A stretch of 64,000 bases of DNA from Gammaproteobacteria bacterium (GTDB taxonomy: Bacteria > Pseudomonadota > Gammaproteobacteria > JBCCGL01): the NCBI GenBank assembly GCA_965277715.1, contig OZ255836.1, positions 2,240,001 to 2,304,000 of the forward strand, given 5' to 3'. The position numbers and the translations under genes were made by a program. Below are positions 10,276-20,114 of this stretch, piece after piece (the stretch's first letter is position 1; each line of letters starts with the position of its first letter). A model generated the notes under the pieces. It had not been told where the DNA came from, made no database searches, and saw nothing but the letters and a program-made list of their open reading frames with translations.

Positions 10276-10851
10276 GTGAACGCCATCGACAACCTTCACC
10301 GGCGTACATCAATCCCCGCCAAGTATCTTATCGAGCCTGCGCCAGCGGGTGAAGATTTACAGACGATTCTCACCGCTGCCGTCACCGCCCCAGATCATGC
10401 CGCGCTGCGACCGTGGCGGTTTATTTTTGTCGAGGGTGATGCGCGCCTGGCTCTAGGTGATGTATTCGCCGGGGCGGTAGTCCGCCGTGACGCCAACTCC
10501 ACTCCCGAGCAAATCCAACGACAGCGGGACAAACCCATGCGCTCACCGCTATTGATCGCAATAGTGGCGCGCATCACAGAAAATCACCCCAAAGTGCCCG
10601 TGTTCGAACAACTGCTCTCTGCGGGTGCAGCGGCTGAGCATATGCAGTTGGCGGCGCACGCGCTGGGTTATGGCTCTGTGTGGGTCACTGGCCCTAATGC
10701 TCTCGATGCTTACGTCCGGCAATCGCTTGGTATTCATGCGCCCGATCAACTGATTGGTTTTCTGCATATGGGAACACCCAGCATCCCCACCCCCGCTGTT
10801 AACCGGCCCGATCCTGTGCAGTTTGTCGAACACTGGACAGGACCGGCATAA
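10276..10851 (+). CDS. Nitroreductase family protein (YdjA-like)
   Basis: APDHAALRPWRF, AAHALGYGSVWVTG, IGFLHMGT. Confidence 0.9.
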   Translation: MNAIDNLHRRTSIPAKYLIEPAPAGEDLQTILTAAVTAPDHAALRPWRFIFVEGDARLALGDVFAGAVVRRDANSTPEQIQRQRDKPMRSPLLIAIVARITENHPKVPVFEQLLSAGAAAEHMQLAAHALGYGSVWVTGPNALDAYVRQSLGIHAPDQLIGFLHMGTPSIPTPAVNRPDPVQFVEHWTGPA

Positions 10852-10853
10852 AA

Positions 10854-11504
10854 ATGTGCACTCACTCATCAATCTGTCGTCGGTTACACTTGTCGACTAT
10901 TTTCTGTCTGGTCGTCGTTTACCTGTTTCCCGCTCAATCCCTGAGCACCGACAACACCTACATCTACCGCGAAGACGATGGCACTGTCTGGTACACCAAT
11001 AAAAAGCCCGTGGGCGTCGAGCGCAGTAAATACAAACTGATTGGCGTATTTGGCCGCTCCACCGCGACCAAATCCTGCGCGGGTATGACACCTGCGCGAA
11101 TGGAGGCCCGCGCCAGGCAATACGCTGACGATATAAACCGCTACGCCAGAAAGTACAACGTCAGCCGGTTTTTGGTGAAGGCGATAATCTCGGTCGAATC
11201 CTGTTTTGACGCACGCGCCATCTCCCGCGCCGGTGCCAAGGGCCTGATGCAGCTCATGCCCCTCACCGCTAAGCATCTGGGGGTGGGCAATCCGTTTAAC
11301 TACCAACAAAATATTCATGGCGGGGTGCGCTACTTCAGCGAGCTGCAGCGGCGCTTTAACTACAACAACACCCTGGCCCTGGCCGCCTACAACGCCGGGC
11401 CAACGGCGGTGGAAAAGTACCAGGCTATTCCCCCGTACCGGGAAACCCAAAACTACGTGAAGCGGGTGATGAAAAAATACCGTGAATATTTATCGGCAGG
11501 TTGA
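10854..11504 (+). CDS. Lytic transglycosylase (SLT domain)
   Basis: VES, GAKGLMQLMP, ALAAYNAG, ETQNYV. Confidence 0.92.
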   Translation: MCTHSSICRRLHLSTIFCLVVVYLFPAQSLSTDNTYIYREDDGTVWYTNKKPVGVERSKYKLIGVFGRSTATKSCAGMTPARMEARARQYADDINRYARKYNVSRFLVKAIISVESCFDARAISRAGAKGLMQLMPLTAKHLGVGNPFNYQQNIHGGVRYFSELQRRFNYNNTLALAAYNAGPTAVEKYQAIPPYRETQNYVKRVMKKYREYLSAG

Positions 11505-11587
11505 TTGTTTTAAGGGATTGCATAACACAGGCAAAAATGCTCTATTAGCGCCTAAATCCCGTAGCCCAGAACAGAGGATCTTACCTT

Positions 11588-12169
11588 ATGCAAAAGGTTA
11601 GTTTTATCAACATGAGTGAAGGTACCGCCGAGGAATATGCCTTCCTGAACGAGCTGGAACACGCCTACGTCGAGAAACTGCCAGACCGATTAATCGCCAC
11701 GCTGAAAAAAATGGATGACACCCTGAGCGGTTACCAGGTCGACCGGCTGGAACACTCACTGCAATCGGCGACCTACGCACTGCGCGCCAACGAACCAACC
11801 GAGATGGTGGTCGCCGCCCTGTTACATGATATCGGGGATGAACTGGCACCGCATTCACACAGCGAATATGCTGCGGCGGTATTGCGCCCTTATGTCTCAG
11901 AAAAAACCTGGTGGATTGTCAAACACCACGGCCTATTTCAAATGTATTACTACGCCCACCATCTCGGCGGCGACCGCCATGCGCGGGACAGACACAAAGA
12001 CCACCCCTGGTACCAGGATGCGATTCACTTTGTTGAACATTATGATCAAAACTGCTTCGACCCCAATTTCGACACCGAACCACTGGCAACCTTTGAGCCG
12101 ATGTTGCGCGAGGTGTTTGCCAGCCCGCGTGTTGATGATGTCGAGCAGCAGGTGCGGTATGGGACATGA
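11588..12169 (+). CDS. HD-domain metal-dependent phosphohydrolase/oxygenase-like protein
   Basis: LEHSLQSAT, ALLHDIGD, HH and D motifs of the HD family. Confidence 0.85.
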   Translation: MQKVSFINMSEGTAEEYAFLNELEHAYVEKLPDRLIATLKKMDDTLSGYQVDRLEHSLQSATYALRANEPTEMVVAALLHDIGDELAPHSHSEYAAAVLRPYVSEKTWWIVKHHGLFQMYYYAHHLGGDRHARDRHKDHPWYQDAIHFVEHYDQNCFDPNFDTEPLATFEPMLREVFASPRVDDVEQQVRYGT

Positions 12170-12221
12170 TGAACCTCAATCTCTGGCCGCCTTTAGGTAG
12201 CCTTTAAGAAAAACACCTATA

Positions 12222-12848
12222 CTATGCGTTGTTTTGTGCCGCCTCCTCGCCAGCTAATTCTGCCTCCTCCTCTTTCTTTGCCAGATAATCGCGTACATCT
12301 TCGTTTTGAACACGGTGGTATATCGCCTCGACTGACACAGTGAGACCAATAGAACCCAAGGTGATTTCATCCCCCATATAATAACGTTTCGACTGCCAGC
12401 CCTCACTACGTCGCACAACTTCAATATCCACAACATCCTGCTCAATGAGCACATATTCCTGCAAGGTGGGAATACGGAGATATTGCTGGCGTTTGATTGT
12501 TTCATCGGTTCTGCGCGTTGATTTTGATAAGACCTCAACGACGATTACCGGTGAGTCCGTATAGTAATCATTATCGCTCTTGTCATCACAAACCACGGTT
12601 ACATCGGGATAAAAAAAGTCACTCTCTACCCTGACTTTCATATCTGAGCCAAAGGGTTCACAGGGAGAGCCTTCAAGATGATTGCCAATCTTACGGTACA
12701 GATTACCTGAAATTCGTTCATGGTTTTTACTGGCGCCTGCCATTGCATAGGCATAGCCACCAACCAACTCATACCTAAAATCACTGGCCAACTCGCCCTG
12801 TAGGTATTCATCAGGGGATATCCCGTCTATTTTTTGTGCAACTGACAT
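12222..12848 (-). CDS. Uma2 family putative restriction endonuclease
   Basis: YELVGG, AMAGAS, YPDVTVVCD, VEVLSKST, EYVLIEQD. Confidence 0.92.
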   Translation of the reverse strand: MSVAQKIDGISPDEYLQGELASDFRYELVGGYAYAMAGASKNHERISGNLYRKIGNHLEGSPCEPFGSDMKVRVESDFFYPDVTVVCDDKSDNDYYTDSPVIVVEVLSKSTRRTDETIKRQQYLRIPTLQEYVLIEQDVVDIEVVRRSEGWQSKRYYMGDEITLGSIGLTVSVEAIYHRVQNEDVRDYLAKKEEEAELAGEEAAQNNA

Positions 12849-12949
12849 ACTATTTCTCCAAAATCGGTGATGTAGCCTCTATCTACTAATTTTACGTTAA
12901 AGTCGCGTTTCATGGTTAATAGCCAGCAATTCCCACTGAGTGGGTAAAG

Positions 12950-12974
12950 CTAGTACACCGTCTACCTTATATTG
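12950..12974 (+). repeat. MITE end, family D
   Basis: ctagtacaccgtctaccttatattg differs at one base from 59009-59033. Confidence 0.7.
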
Positions 12975-13158
12975 GTCCATGCATGAGGAAACCTATAGGT
13001 ATCGAAGTCAACTTATTGAAGCTAAGGGTTAAGGGACTCAACCCAATGCAAAAAACACGTCGTGAACTGGTTTGGATCAATTCGGGAAAATACACGGTTG
13101 AAAGTATCGTGTGGTAGATAAATGACGATAAAGGCTATTGTGCCTTGTCGGACAGATT

Positions 13159-14631
13159 TCAAACAGAAAACCCACCCAACTTGGTTTCCAAATACTCCTG
13201 CATTCCAGCGCGGGCACCTTCACGCCCAAGACCACTCTCTTTCATCCCCCCAAACGGTGCCGCCGCACTGGTTGGGTTGATGTCATTGATACCGATCAAA
13301 CCAAAATTCAACCCCTCAAACAGGCGCATCGCCCGCGAGAGGTTTTGCGTATACACATAAGCCGCCAACCCATAGTGAGTATCGTTGGCCATTGCCAACA
13401 CATCATCCTGATCATCAAACGGAATCACCGCCGCCACCGGGCCGAAGGTTTCCTCGCGATAGATCAGCATCTCCTGGGTAACATCACTCAACAACGTCGG
13501 TGCATAGAAAAACCCCGCCTGCAAATCTGCATCACTCAAGCGCTCGCCACCCCGATGCAAAATGGCTCCTTTGCCCAGTGCATCGCGCACCTGGTTATCA
13601 ACCTTGTCAATCGCCGCCTGGTTCACCAGTGGCCCAATGCTGACGCCAGGCTGCATACCGTCACCCGCACGCAGCCCGGCGATACGTTGATTCAGCGTCT
13701 CGACAAACGGCCCGACAATCGACCGGTGAACAAAGAGCCGGTTTGGGCTGATGCAGGCCTGCCCGGTATTGAGAAACTTCACCATCGCCGCGCCTTTGGC
13801 GGCGTGCACCGGGTCGGCGTCTTCGCAGACGATAAACGGTGCGTGCCCACCCAACTCCATCGACACCCGCTTGAGTTGTGGTGCGGCATCCTGCGCCAGT
13901 TTTTTGCCCACCGCCGTCGAGCCGGTAAAGGTCAGTTTTCTCACCCGCCGGTTAGTGCAAAATTCATCACCGATTTCACTGGGGTTCTCCGCCGTGATCA
14001 AATTGACAACCCCCGCAGGCAGGCCCGCCTCAACCAATAATTCAAAGGCAGCAATGGCGCACAGCGGCGTAGCTTCGGCCGGTTTGAGGACGACAGTACA
14101 CCCCGCTGCAAGCGCGGGCGCCAGTTTGCGGGTCAGCATGGAAATGGGGTAATTCCAGGGGGTGATTGCGGCGACAACCCCCACCGCCTGGTGCTGCACA
14201 ATAAAACGCTGATCGGCGCGTGCCGAGGGGATGGTTTCACCGTACAGGCGCTTGGCCTCCTCGGCGTACCACAACAAAAAGTCTGCCGCGTATTGCACTT
14301 CACCCAGCGAGGCTTTGAGCGGCTTGCCCTGCTCACGTGTCATCAACTCGGCCAGTGTTTGTTTGCGTGCCAGCATCAATTGATAAGCGCGGTATAAATA
14401 CGCTGAACGCTGGTATGCGGTGAGAGTACTCCAATCGGCAAAGGCGTTATGTGCCGCTTCAATCGCCTGCCTTGCGTGCTCACGTGTACCGTTGGCCACC
14501 TGCCCGATGATCTCGCCGGTCGCGGGGTTAATAACATCAAACGTCGCTTCGGTTGTTAACCATTCACCATTGATATACATTCGACTTGCCTTGCTATTGG
14601 TAAAATAATCGTGCAGTTTACCGTTACCCAA
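13159..14631 (-). CDS. NAD(P)-dependent succinate-semialdehyde dehydrogenase (GabD-like)
   Basis: ITPWNYP, FTGSTAVG, ELGGHAP, GQAC, EETFGP, PFGGMKESGLGREG. Confidence 0.9.
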   Translation of the reverse strand: MGNGKLHDYFTNSKASRMYINGEWLTTEATFDVINPATGEIIGQVANGTREHARQAIEAAHNAFADWSTLTAYQRSAYLYRAYQLMLARKQTLAELMTREQGKPLKASLGEVQYAADFLLWYAEEAKRLYGETIPSARADQRFIVQHQAVGVVAAITPWNYPISMLTRKLAPALAAGCTVVLKPAEATPLCAIAAFELLVEAGLPAGVVNLITAENPSEIGDEFCTNRRVRKLTFTGSTAVGKKLAQDAAPQLKRVSMELGGHAPFIVCEDADPVHAAKGAAMVKFLNTGQACISPNRLFVHRSIVGPFVETLNQRIAGLRAGDGMQPGVSIGPLVNQAAIDKVDNQVRDALGKGAILHRGGERLSDADLQAGFFYAPTLLSDVTQEMLIYREETFGPVAAVIPFDDQDDVLAMANDTHYGLAAYVYTQNLSRAMRLFEGLNFGLIGINDINPTSAAAPFGGMKESGLGREGARAGMQEYLETKLGGFSV

Positions 14632-14769
14632 TTAAGAATCCAAAGAGGCGCTATATAATTATTGGGGATACGAAACAAACGGTATACACGCTTGTCTCAT
14701 CTAAAGCCCATACAACTGCAGGGCTGACAATCAAGATTTAATAACCAGAACTTTGAAGAGGAAGTAACT

Positions 14770-15201
14770 ATGAAATATATCTCTCAAGCACTCTACGCTG
14801 GATCAGTATTGGCACTGATTAGCGCAAGTGTTGCCGCCGAAGGATTGCCGCGCACCGAATCACCTGCCGGTGCAGTGGCGTATATTGTCTCACCTGTCGA
14901 TGGTGCCACTGTTGATGAAACTTTCACCGTTGTCTTTGGTTTAAAGGGCATGGGTGTCGCCCCGGCAGGCACTGAAAAAGCCAATACCGGGCACCACCAC
15001 CTGCTGATCGACAGCGATACCCTGCCCCCCGAAGACCTACCGATGGGCGCTCAGGTAACGCATTTTGGCGGTGGCCAAACTGAACAGACGCTGACACTAC
15101 CACCGGGCCAGCACACGTTGCAGTTGATACTGGGTGACAAATTTCATATCCCCCATAACCCCCCCGTTATTTCAGAACAAATTACCATTACCGTAGAATA
15201 G
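14770..15201 (+). CDS. DUF4399 domain periplasmic protein
   Basis: Signal peptide, GHHHLLID, HFGGGQTE, HTLQLILGD. Confidence 0.85.
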   Translation: MKYISQALYAGSVLALISASVAAEGLPRTESPAGAVAYIVSPVDGATVDETFTVVFGLKGMGVAPAGTEKANTGHHHLLIDSDTLPPEDLPMGAQVTHFGGGQTEQTLTLPPGQHTLQLILGDKFHIPHNPPVISEQITITVE

Positions 15202-15211
15202 CCATTACCAC

Positions 15212-15239
15212 TGCGGCGGTGCCCGGTGGCACCGCCGCA
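15212..15239. terminator. GC-rich hairpin after the DUF4399 gene
   Basis: tgcggcggtgcc-cggt-ggcaccgccgca perfect stem; no clear U-tract. Confidence 0.5.
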
Positions 15240-15308
15240 ACCCGGTGGCTGATAGCCGCCGAAGCCGGGTATAATCGTGCGCTTTAATCAACCAGATAAG
15301 CGCACACC

Positions 15309-16976
15309 ATGCCTGACGAAACACCCTCCACCGCCACGCACTTTATTCGCCAGATGATCGCCAGTGACGTTGCCGCGAATAAAAACAACGGCAAAGTACT
15401 GACCCGCTTTCCCCCTGAACCCAACGGTTATTTACACATAGGGCACGCTAAATCGATGGTGCTCAATTTTGGGGTTGCCGCCGAGTTTGGCGGCGCCTGT
15501 AATTTGCGCTTTGATGACAGCAACCCGGATAAGGAAAGCGTCGAGTACGTCGATGCGATTCGCACCGATGTGGAATGGCTGGGCTACTCGTGGCAGCAAC
15601 AATGCTACGCCTCAGATTACTACGATCAGTTGTACGCCTACGCAGTGCAGCTAATTAAAATGGGCAAGGCGTATGTCGACAGTCTGTCTGCCGAGGAAAT
15701 TCGTCAGTACCGTGGCTCCCTCACCGAGCCGGGTAAAAACAGCCCCTACCGCGAACGCACGGTGGCAGAAAACCTCGACCTGTTCGAGAGTATGAAAAAC
15801 GGTGAATACGAAGAGGGTGAGCACATTCTGCGCGCTAAGATTGATATGAGCTCAGGCAATATCAACCTGCGTGATCCTGGCCTATACCGGATCAAAAAAT
15901 CCCACCACTACCGCACCGGTGATCAATGGTGTATCTACCCGATGTACGACTACACACACTGTTTATCAGACGCGATAGAAGGCATTACCCATTCGTTGTG
16001 CACACTCGAATTTGAAGACCACCGCCCCCTGTACAACTGGGTATTGGAGACCCTGACCGACGCGCCACGGCCAGAACAGACGGAGTTCTCACGCCTCAAT
16101 CTGGAATACACCGTGCTCTCCAAGCGCAAACTGATCCAGTTGGTACAGGGGGGATATGTCGATGGCTGGGATGATCCGCGTATGCCCAGTATTTCCGGTA
16201 TCCGCCGACGCGGCTTTCCACCCGCTGCGGTGCGCGAATTTTGCGCACGAATCGGCATCACCAAAAAGGATGCCTGGATTGAAATGGCTGTATTGGAAAA
16301 TTGCGTGCGCGACAACCTCAATGAAAATGCGCCACGGCGCATGGCGGTACTCGATCCCCTGCGCGTCGTGATTGGCAACTACCCGGTGGGTGAAAGTGAA
16401 ACCCTCAACGTCGACAACCACCCACAGCAGCCAGAAATGGGCCAGCGAACACTCACCTTTGACCGGGTAATTTTTATCGAACAAGAGGATTTTGCCCAGA
16501 TTCCCCCACCGAGATTTAAACGCCTGATTGCCGGGGGTGAGGTGCGCCTGCGCAATAGCTATGTAATTAAGTGCGATGCGGTGATCAGTGATGACAATGG
16601 CAATATTACCGAACTACACTGCACCGCCGATCTCGATACACTAGGCAAAAAGCCTGAAGGGCGCAAGGTTAAGGGCGTTATCCACTGGGTTTCAGCGGCG
16701 CATTCCCTGCCCGCTGAAATACGCCTTTACGATACGCTGTTTACACTGCCTAACCCGGCCAGCGCGGCCAGCCTTGGCGAGTCGATCAACCCAGACTCGC
16801 TGCACACCCTGCACAGCGCACGGGTTGAAGCCAGCCTACAGAAAGCAGTAGTGGGTGATGTTTTCCAGTTTGAGCGGCAGGGGTATTTTGCACTCGACCC
16901 CGATACCCGCAGCGAAAAAGCCGTTTTTAACCGCACGGTGACGCTGCGCGATACCTGGGCGGGCAGGGGAAAATGA
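15309..16976 (+). CDS. glnS: Glutamine--tRNA ligase
   Basis: [38 protein letters not shown]. Confidence 0.97.
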   Translation: MPDETPSTATHFIRQMIASDVAANKNNGKVLTRFPPEPNGYLHIGHAKSMVLNFGVAAEFGGACNLRFDDSNPDKESVEYVDAIRTDVEWLGYSWQQQCYASDYYDQLYAYAVQLIKMGKAYVDSLSAEEIRQYRGSLTEPGKNSPYRERTVAENLDLFESMKNGEYEEGEHILRAKIDMSSGNINLRDPGLYRIKKSHHYRTGDQWCIYPMYDYTHCLSDAIEGITHSLCTLEFEDHRPLYNWVLETLTDAPRPEQTEFSRLNLEYTVLSKRKLIQLVQGGYVDGWDDPRMPSISGIRRRGFPPAAVREFCARIGITKKDAWIEMAVLENCVRDNLNENAPRRMAVLDPLRVVIGNYPVGESETLNVDNHPQQPEMGQRTLTFDRVIFIEQEDFAQIPPPRFKRLIAGGEVRLRNSYVIKCDAVISDDNGNITELHCTADLDTLGKKPEGRKVKGVIHWVSAAHSLPAEIRLYDTLFTLPNPASAASLGESINPDSLHTLHSARVEASLQKAVVGDVFQFERQGYFALDPDTRSEKAVFNRTVTLRDTWAGRGK

Positions 16977-17150
16977 TAAAAATAACTTGCATATAAGCAG
17001 CTTACGCGCTTATATGCGCGACTTTACCCAGAGTCTGCCCTGACATGTTATCGCTACGCTTGTGCCTCACATTCTCTGCCTGCCGGGAAAATAACACCCT
17101 ACCCCGCAGACACACTGACAGGTCTGTTGACAGGCCTTAGCCTGGCAAAC

Positions 17151-18167
17151 ATGACCATGCCGATAAGCGATGAAAATTTCGGTGTATTTGCAGGCCCTGC
17201 AGAACGCCGTATTGGTTTTTTTCTCGCCCCCACGTTCGCCATGCTACCCTTTATCGCCGCGATAGAAACCTTGCGTGTGGCTAACCGCTTTAGCGGTAAA
17301 CCACTGTATAGCTGGCATATTTTTTCTATCGACGGCAAGCCGGTGCAAGCCTCTAACGGCATGTTACAGCCAGCAGAATCAGCCATCACGGATATCGATA
17401 CCTTTCCTATGATCATCGTCTGTGGTGCACACACACCGCACTATTACAAAGAGCCCCGCACGTTTCAATGGCTGCGCTCGCTGGCATCTAAAGGCGCCGT
17501 AGTCGGTGCGGTTGATACTGGCAGCTATATGCTGGCACAAGCGGGCCTACTGAAAGACCACCGCTGTACCATTCACTGGCTGAATATTCCCGGTTTCAAG
17601 GCGGCGTTTCCGAAATTAATTGTCACCACAAAGCTCTTTGAAGTCGACCGTGGCCGCCACACCTGCGCTGGTGGCAGCGCCGCCATGGATATGGTGTTGA
17701 ACATGATCGAAGAACAGCACAGCCTCGACCTGGCCGTGGCGATCTCTGAAAACTTTATCATCGACCACATCCGCCAGTCCGGCCAGGCACAACGCATGAA
17801 CCTGCGCGAGCGCACCGGCATTTCCAACCGCCACTTACTGGAATGCATCGAATTAATGGAGGCCAACACCGAACAGCCACTCATGCCTTCAGAACTATCC
17901 CGCGTCATTGGCATCTCCAAGCGCCAACTAGAGCGCTTATTTCAGCGCTACCTGGGCTGCACCCCCAGTGGCTACTACACCGAACTGCGCCTCTGTGAAG
18001 GCAGGCGTTTACTCACCCAAACCAGCCTAAAAATCACCGACATCGCCCTCGCCTGCGGCTTCCCCTCGCCGGGCTATTTCAGCAACCGCTACCGCAGCCT
18101 GTTTGGCTACTCGCCCAGAGAAGAACGGGCGACAGCCTACTCCTCGGTCAAGCGCATCAACTTGTAG
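17151..18167 (+). CDS. GlxA family transcriptional regulator (DJ-1 domain + AraC HTH)
   Basis: TLRVANR, CTIHW, TCAGG, RQLERLF, ALACGF; start uncertain. Confidence 0.92.
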   Translation: MTMPISDENFGVFAGPAERRIGFFLAPTFAMLPFIAAIETLRVANRFSGKPLYSWHIFSIDGKPVQASNGMLQPAESAITDIDTFPMIIVCGAHTPHYYKEPRTFQWLRSLASKGAVVGAVDTGSYMLAQAGLLKDHRCTIHWLNIPGFKAAFPKLIVTTKLFEVDRGRHTCAGGSAAMDMVLNMIEEQHSLDLAVAISENFIIDHIRQSGQAQRMNLRERTGISNRHLLECIELMEANTEQPLMPSELSRVIGISKRQLERLFQRYLGCTPSGYYTELRLCEGRRLLTQTSLKITDIALACGFPSPGYFSNRYRSLFGYSPREERATAYSSVKRINL

Positions 18168-18180
18168 GCCCGATAACTTG

Positions 18181-18254
18181 GCTGAAATGCTGGTAAAAGC
18201 GCTTTAGATTCTGTGCATTAGGTGCTCGCAGTAGATTCAACTGAGGAATTTAGG
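18181..18254 (+). mobile_element. Right half of family A MITE
   Basis: gctgaaatgctggtaaaagcgctttagattc...gattcaactgaggaatttagg, nearly identical to 24275-24348. Confidence 0.88.
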
Positions 18255-18452
18255 TTTAAAGTGGAAACTATTTCTCGCACGTTTCTTATCTCACTTTTAT
18301 CAATCTTTGTATTTATTTATGGTGCTGTAGGTATGGTGCTATAGGGGCTTCGTTCGCGAAGCGTAGGTGTTTTTCTCCACTGTATACAGTGCGAAGAGTA
18401 AAGAAAAACACCAAAATATCGCGAGCGAAACCCCATATACCCTCACCACCAA

Positions 18453-18479
18453 TGTCGCAACCATACAAGGAAGCGTCGC
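18453..18479 (+). promoter_or_regulatory. Candidate AraC/GbdR-type operator upstream of the mttB-like gene
   Basis: Direct repeat tgtcgc / cgtcgc with a 21-bp period, the spacing typical of AraC-family half-sites; GlxA gene immediately upstream. Confidence 0.35.
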
Positions 18480-18543
18480 TAAAAAACCGGCACTAACAAC
18501 ACTCCACCCCCGATACTCCTGCGCTTCTGTGGAGATCAAACCG

Positions 18544-20097
18544 ATGAGTAGACGTTTAGGCGGGCGCACCGCACGCAAGGCAATCCGGGAAGCCCCATTG
18601 GCAGAAGACGTCAAACCCGTTCACCCCGGTATGACCGGCGGTCGCTTTCAACCCTTGACTGACAGTGAAGTACTACAGGTCAACGAAGCAGTGATGACCA
18701 TCCTGTCAACCATCGGCCTATCGCAGGCAACGCAAACCGGCATCGATTATCTGACCAAAGCGGGCTGCACCCTCAGCCCAGAAGGCCGGGTACTGTTTCC
18801 CCGCGCCCTGGTCGAGGACACCATCGCCAATGCAGCACGCAATATCACCCTGTACGGGCAAGACCCAAAATACGACCTGGAACTGACCGGCGCACGCACC
18901 TACTTTGGCACCGCCGGGGCGGCGGTGCACGTGGTCGATGTGGATACCCGCGAATACAAAGACTCGACACTACTGGATATTTACCAGGTGGGCCGTATCG
19001 TCGATCAATGCGAACACATTCACTTCTTCCAGCGGCCTATGGTGGCACGCGATATGGTCGACCCCCTGGATCTGGATTTCAACACCTGCTACGCCTGCGT
19101 CAGCGCCACCCCAAAACACGTCGGTAGTAGCTGGGTACTGCCCCACCACCTCGAACAGTCGATGGATATGCTGCATATCATGGCGGGTGGGGAAGATAAA
19201 TGGCGCGCCCGGCCATTTGTCAGTATGTCGTGTTGTTTTGTCGTGCCGCCGCTGCGCTTTGCCCAGGACGCCACCGACTGCCTGGAATTGGGGGTCAAAG
19301 CGGGTATGCCGATTCTGCTGCTGTCCGCTGGCCAGGCGGGCGCTACCAGCCCCGCCGCTGTTGCCGGGTCCGTCGCTCAATCCGTCGCTGAATGCCTCGC
19401 CGGGTTGGTGTATGTAAATGCGATTGTACCTGGCCACCCGGCCATTTTTGGCACCTGGCCATTTGTCTCAGACCTACGTACCGGTGCGATGAGTGGCGGC
19501 AGTGGCGAACAGGCCATCCTGATGGCTGCCTGCGGGCAAATGGGCCGTTTCTACGATCTGCCCTGCGGTTGTGCCGCCGGTATGACCGACGCCAAACTGC
19601 CGGATGCCCAGTCTGGCTACGAGAAAGGCTATACCGATACCCTCGCCGGGCACTCAGGGGTCAACCTCGTCTACGAATCCGCCGGTATGCACGGCAGCCT
19701 GATGGGGTGTTGCTACGAAAGCTATGTGATCGACAACGATATGCTCGGCGCCATCAACCGCACTATTCGCGGCATTGAGGTCAACGATGAAACCTTGTCG
19801 ATAGACACCATGCGCGATGTCTGCGTGGGTGGCCCCAACCACTACCTCGGCCACGACCAGACAATCAACTTAATGCAGCGCGAATACATCTACCCGGATA
19901 TTGGTGACCGTACCAGCCCCAAAGACTGGAAGGAACAGGGGTCGACCGATATGCTGCAACGCGCCAAGGTGTCAGTTCAAAACATCCTTGAACACCATTA
20001 CCCCGCACATATCGACCCAGCGGTCGATCAGGCTGTGCGCGAGCGGTTTAATGTGTGTTTGCCGCGTGAGTTGATGTTGCCAGATCGTAGGCAGTAA
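18544..20097 (+). CDS. Trimethylamine methyltransferase (MttB) superfamily protein, non-pyrrolysine
   Basis: GATSPAAVAG, SDLRTGAMSGG, DAKLPDAQSGYEK, LVYESAGM; start at ATG 18544 after GGAG; no in-frame amber codon. Confidence 0.92.
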   Translation: MSRRLGGRTARKAIREAPLAEDVKPVHPGMTGGRFQPLTDSEVLQVNEAVMTILSTIGLSQATQTGIDYLTKAGCTLSPEGRVLFPRALVEDTIANAARNITLYGQDPKYDLELTGARTYFGTAGAAVHVVDVDTREYKDSTLLDIYQVGRIVDQCEHIHFFQRPMVARDMVDPLDLDFNTCYACVSATPKHVGSSWVLPHHLEQSMDMLHIMAGGEDKWRARPFVSMSCCFVVPPLRFAQDATDCLELGVKAGMPILLLSAGQAGATSPAAVAGSVAQSVAECLAGLVYVNAIVPGHPAIFGTWPFVSDLRTGAMSGGSGEQAILMAACGQMGRFYDLPCGCAAGMTDAKLPDAQSGYEKGYTDTLAGHSGVNLVYESAGMHGSLMGCCYESYVIDNDMLGAINRTIRGIEVNDETLSIDTMRDVCVGGPNHYLGHDQTINLMQREYIYPDIGDRTSPKDWKEQGSTDMLQRAKVSVQNILEHHYPAHIDPAVDQAVRERFNVCLPRELMLPDRRQ

Positions 20098-20114
20098 TAG
20101 GGTGTTTTGATTGA

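Noticed and set aside
13138-14040. 300-aa plus-strand ORF
   Set aside because: Antisense shadow of the aldehyde dehydrogenase; the same applies to many overlapping ORFs such as 22063-22734 and 30009-30638
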